Shown here piece by piece: positions 62,764 to 64,000 of a DNA stretch of 64,000 nt (within the stretch, counting starts at the first letter, position 1; every line of letters begins with the position of its first letter). Position numbers and translations under genes: made by a program. Below the pieces are notes generated by a model. That model ran no database searches. It was not told the DNA's origin and worked only from the letters and a program-made list of their open reading frames with translations. Source of the DNA: Oikopleura dioica (taxonomy: Eukaryota > Animalia > Chordata); the NCBI GenBank assembly GCA_907165135.1, contig OU015566.1, positions 12,214,001 through 12,278,000 of the forward strand. Reading direction: 5' to 3'.

Positions 62764-63927
62764 ATGTTTCACACATCGACCCAGCGCGAGCACTGGACAT
62801 TTTCCTCGAAAGATGACCTCTTCACCCTTCGAGAAAGGGTCAACGAAAACTACCGGTCGAAAATGAGCTCACGATTGAAGCTAGGGCCCTCTCAATGGCT
62901 TGCTCCAGATGAAGAGCTCAAATATATAAAGTATTATGAAGGAAGACTTCAAAGTTTCTGCAACCACTTCAAGGTGCTTCTTCTTAAAATTATTTATCTA
63001 TCATTCTTAATTTTAGGTCCCTGTCAAGAACATATTCAGCCTTCCTCCGACCGTCAAAGCCACTGCAATCGTTTACTTCAAGCGTTTTTACCTCCGGACG
63101 TCTGCGATGGAATACAACCCGCGTTTTGTTGCTTTTGCATGTCTCTGGCTCGCCACCAAAGTTGAGGAGTTCAACGTCTCCATTACAGAGTTTGTCGAGA
63201 ATTTGCAGCCGAAGGATCAAGACGAATGCACCCACTTCGAGGACATCATTTTGTCTCTCGAATTGCCGATTATTCACGCTCTGAAGGTGAGAACAGAAAA
63301 CTTCCAGCAGCGAAATAAACACTTCTTGACTAGTATCACCTGACAATACATAATCCATACAGACCCCTAGAAGGATTTCTCATCGATCTTCGAGCGAGAT
63401 GCGAGGGTCTTCAAAACAGCGATATTCTCCGCCAAAATGCATATGCTTTTCTCGATAAGGTCTTCCGCACTGACGTTCCTCTTCTTCACCCACCATCAGT
63501 GATCGCAATTGCCGCTTGCAGACAATCAGCGAGCGAGAATAAAGTGTCCATTGATCAGTGAGTCAAGAAATAGTGGTATCTCTCTTCTTCAATGTTAGGT
63601 ACATTCTCGGAAAATTGTTCCCCGATTCCAAAGAATCACCAGAATATGAGCACTTCAAAACTGCTATCAAAAAGATCCGGAGCGCTGTCAAAAAGTCCGA
63701 CAAAGAGATTCCGGCCCCAGAAGTCGTCGGTCAACTCAAAGCCAAGTGGGAGCGCTGTCGAAATCCAGGTAAACTCATGTTCATTCGAAAATGCAGCAGT
63801 AGTCATTCAAGTTCAATGATCTATTTCAGACCTTACTGACGAAAAACTTGTCCAATTCGTTGACGATGATGATGATGCTGCTCCAGTTGTTGAAACAATT
63901 TCAATGGATGATCTCGTCGATTTCTAA
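62764..63927 (+). CDS. CCNH: Cyclin H
   Basis: MFHTSTQREHWTF, TVKATAIVYFKRFYL..MEYNP, LATKVEEFNVS, HLTIHNPYRPLEGFLIDL. TAA at 63925. Confidence 0.96.
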
Positions 63928-64000
63928 AGAAAGATCCTTACAAGTTCAAAAATGTATCTAGACTGCCAATTAGTAACTAAAGCAGCTGACTTTTTTGACT

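Overview
This is eukaryotic genomic DNA from a very compact animal genome. Introns are mostly 35-100 bp, GA-AG, GC-AG and GG-AG introns are frequent, and genes are densely packed with operon-like spacing. That pattern strongly suggests a larvacean tunicate such as Oikopleura (inference). Spliced genes reconstructed by hand, in order: a NEK kinase with a long N-terminal extension, a catalytically dead ACE homologue, a BAF/BANF1 homologue interrupted by a hAT MITE, a ZIP1-3 zinc transporter, a PIM kinase, a slicer-type AGO-clade Argonaute, IA-2/PTPRN, SEC62, a degenerate HEXDC-like GH20 protein, a UBA protein, CMIP, a candidate SYCP2/Red1-like meiotic axis protein, several orphan secreted or myristoylated proteins, PHAX and cyclin H. 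At least a dozen non-autonomous DNA transposons are present, most with readable terminal inverted repeats (TIRs) and target-site duplications (TSDs): hAT, MULE/foldback, Tc1/mariner and TTAA Kolobok-like, some nested. The most interesting leads are (1) the MITE in the BAF coding exon, which could be spliced out in frame; (2) three tandem hairpins with covarying stems carried inside a hAT element; (3) ZIP introns whose homology-predicted junctions lack a G-starting donor; (4) the SYCP2-like orphan; and (5) two pseudoenzymes. Exon boundaries are manual predictions, and family assignments come from remembered motifs, not database searches.
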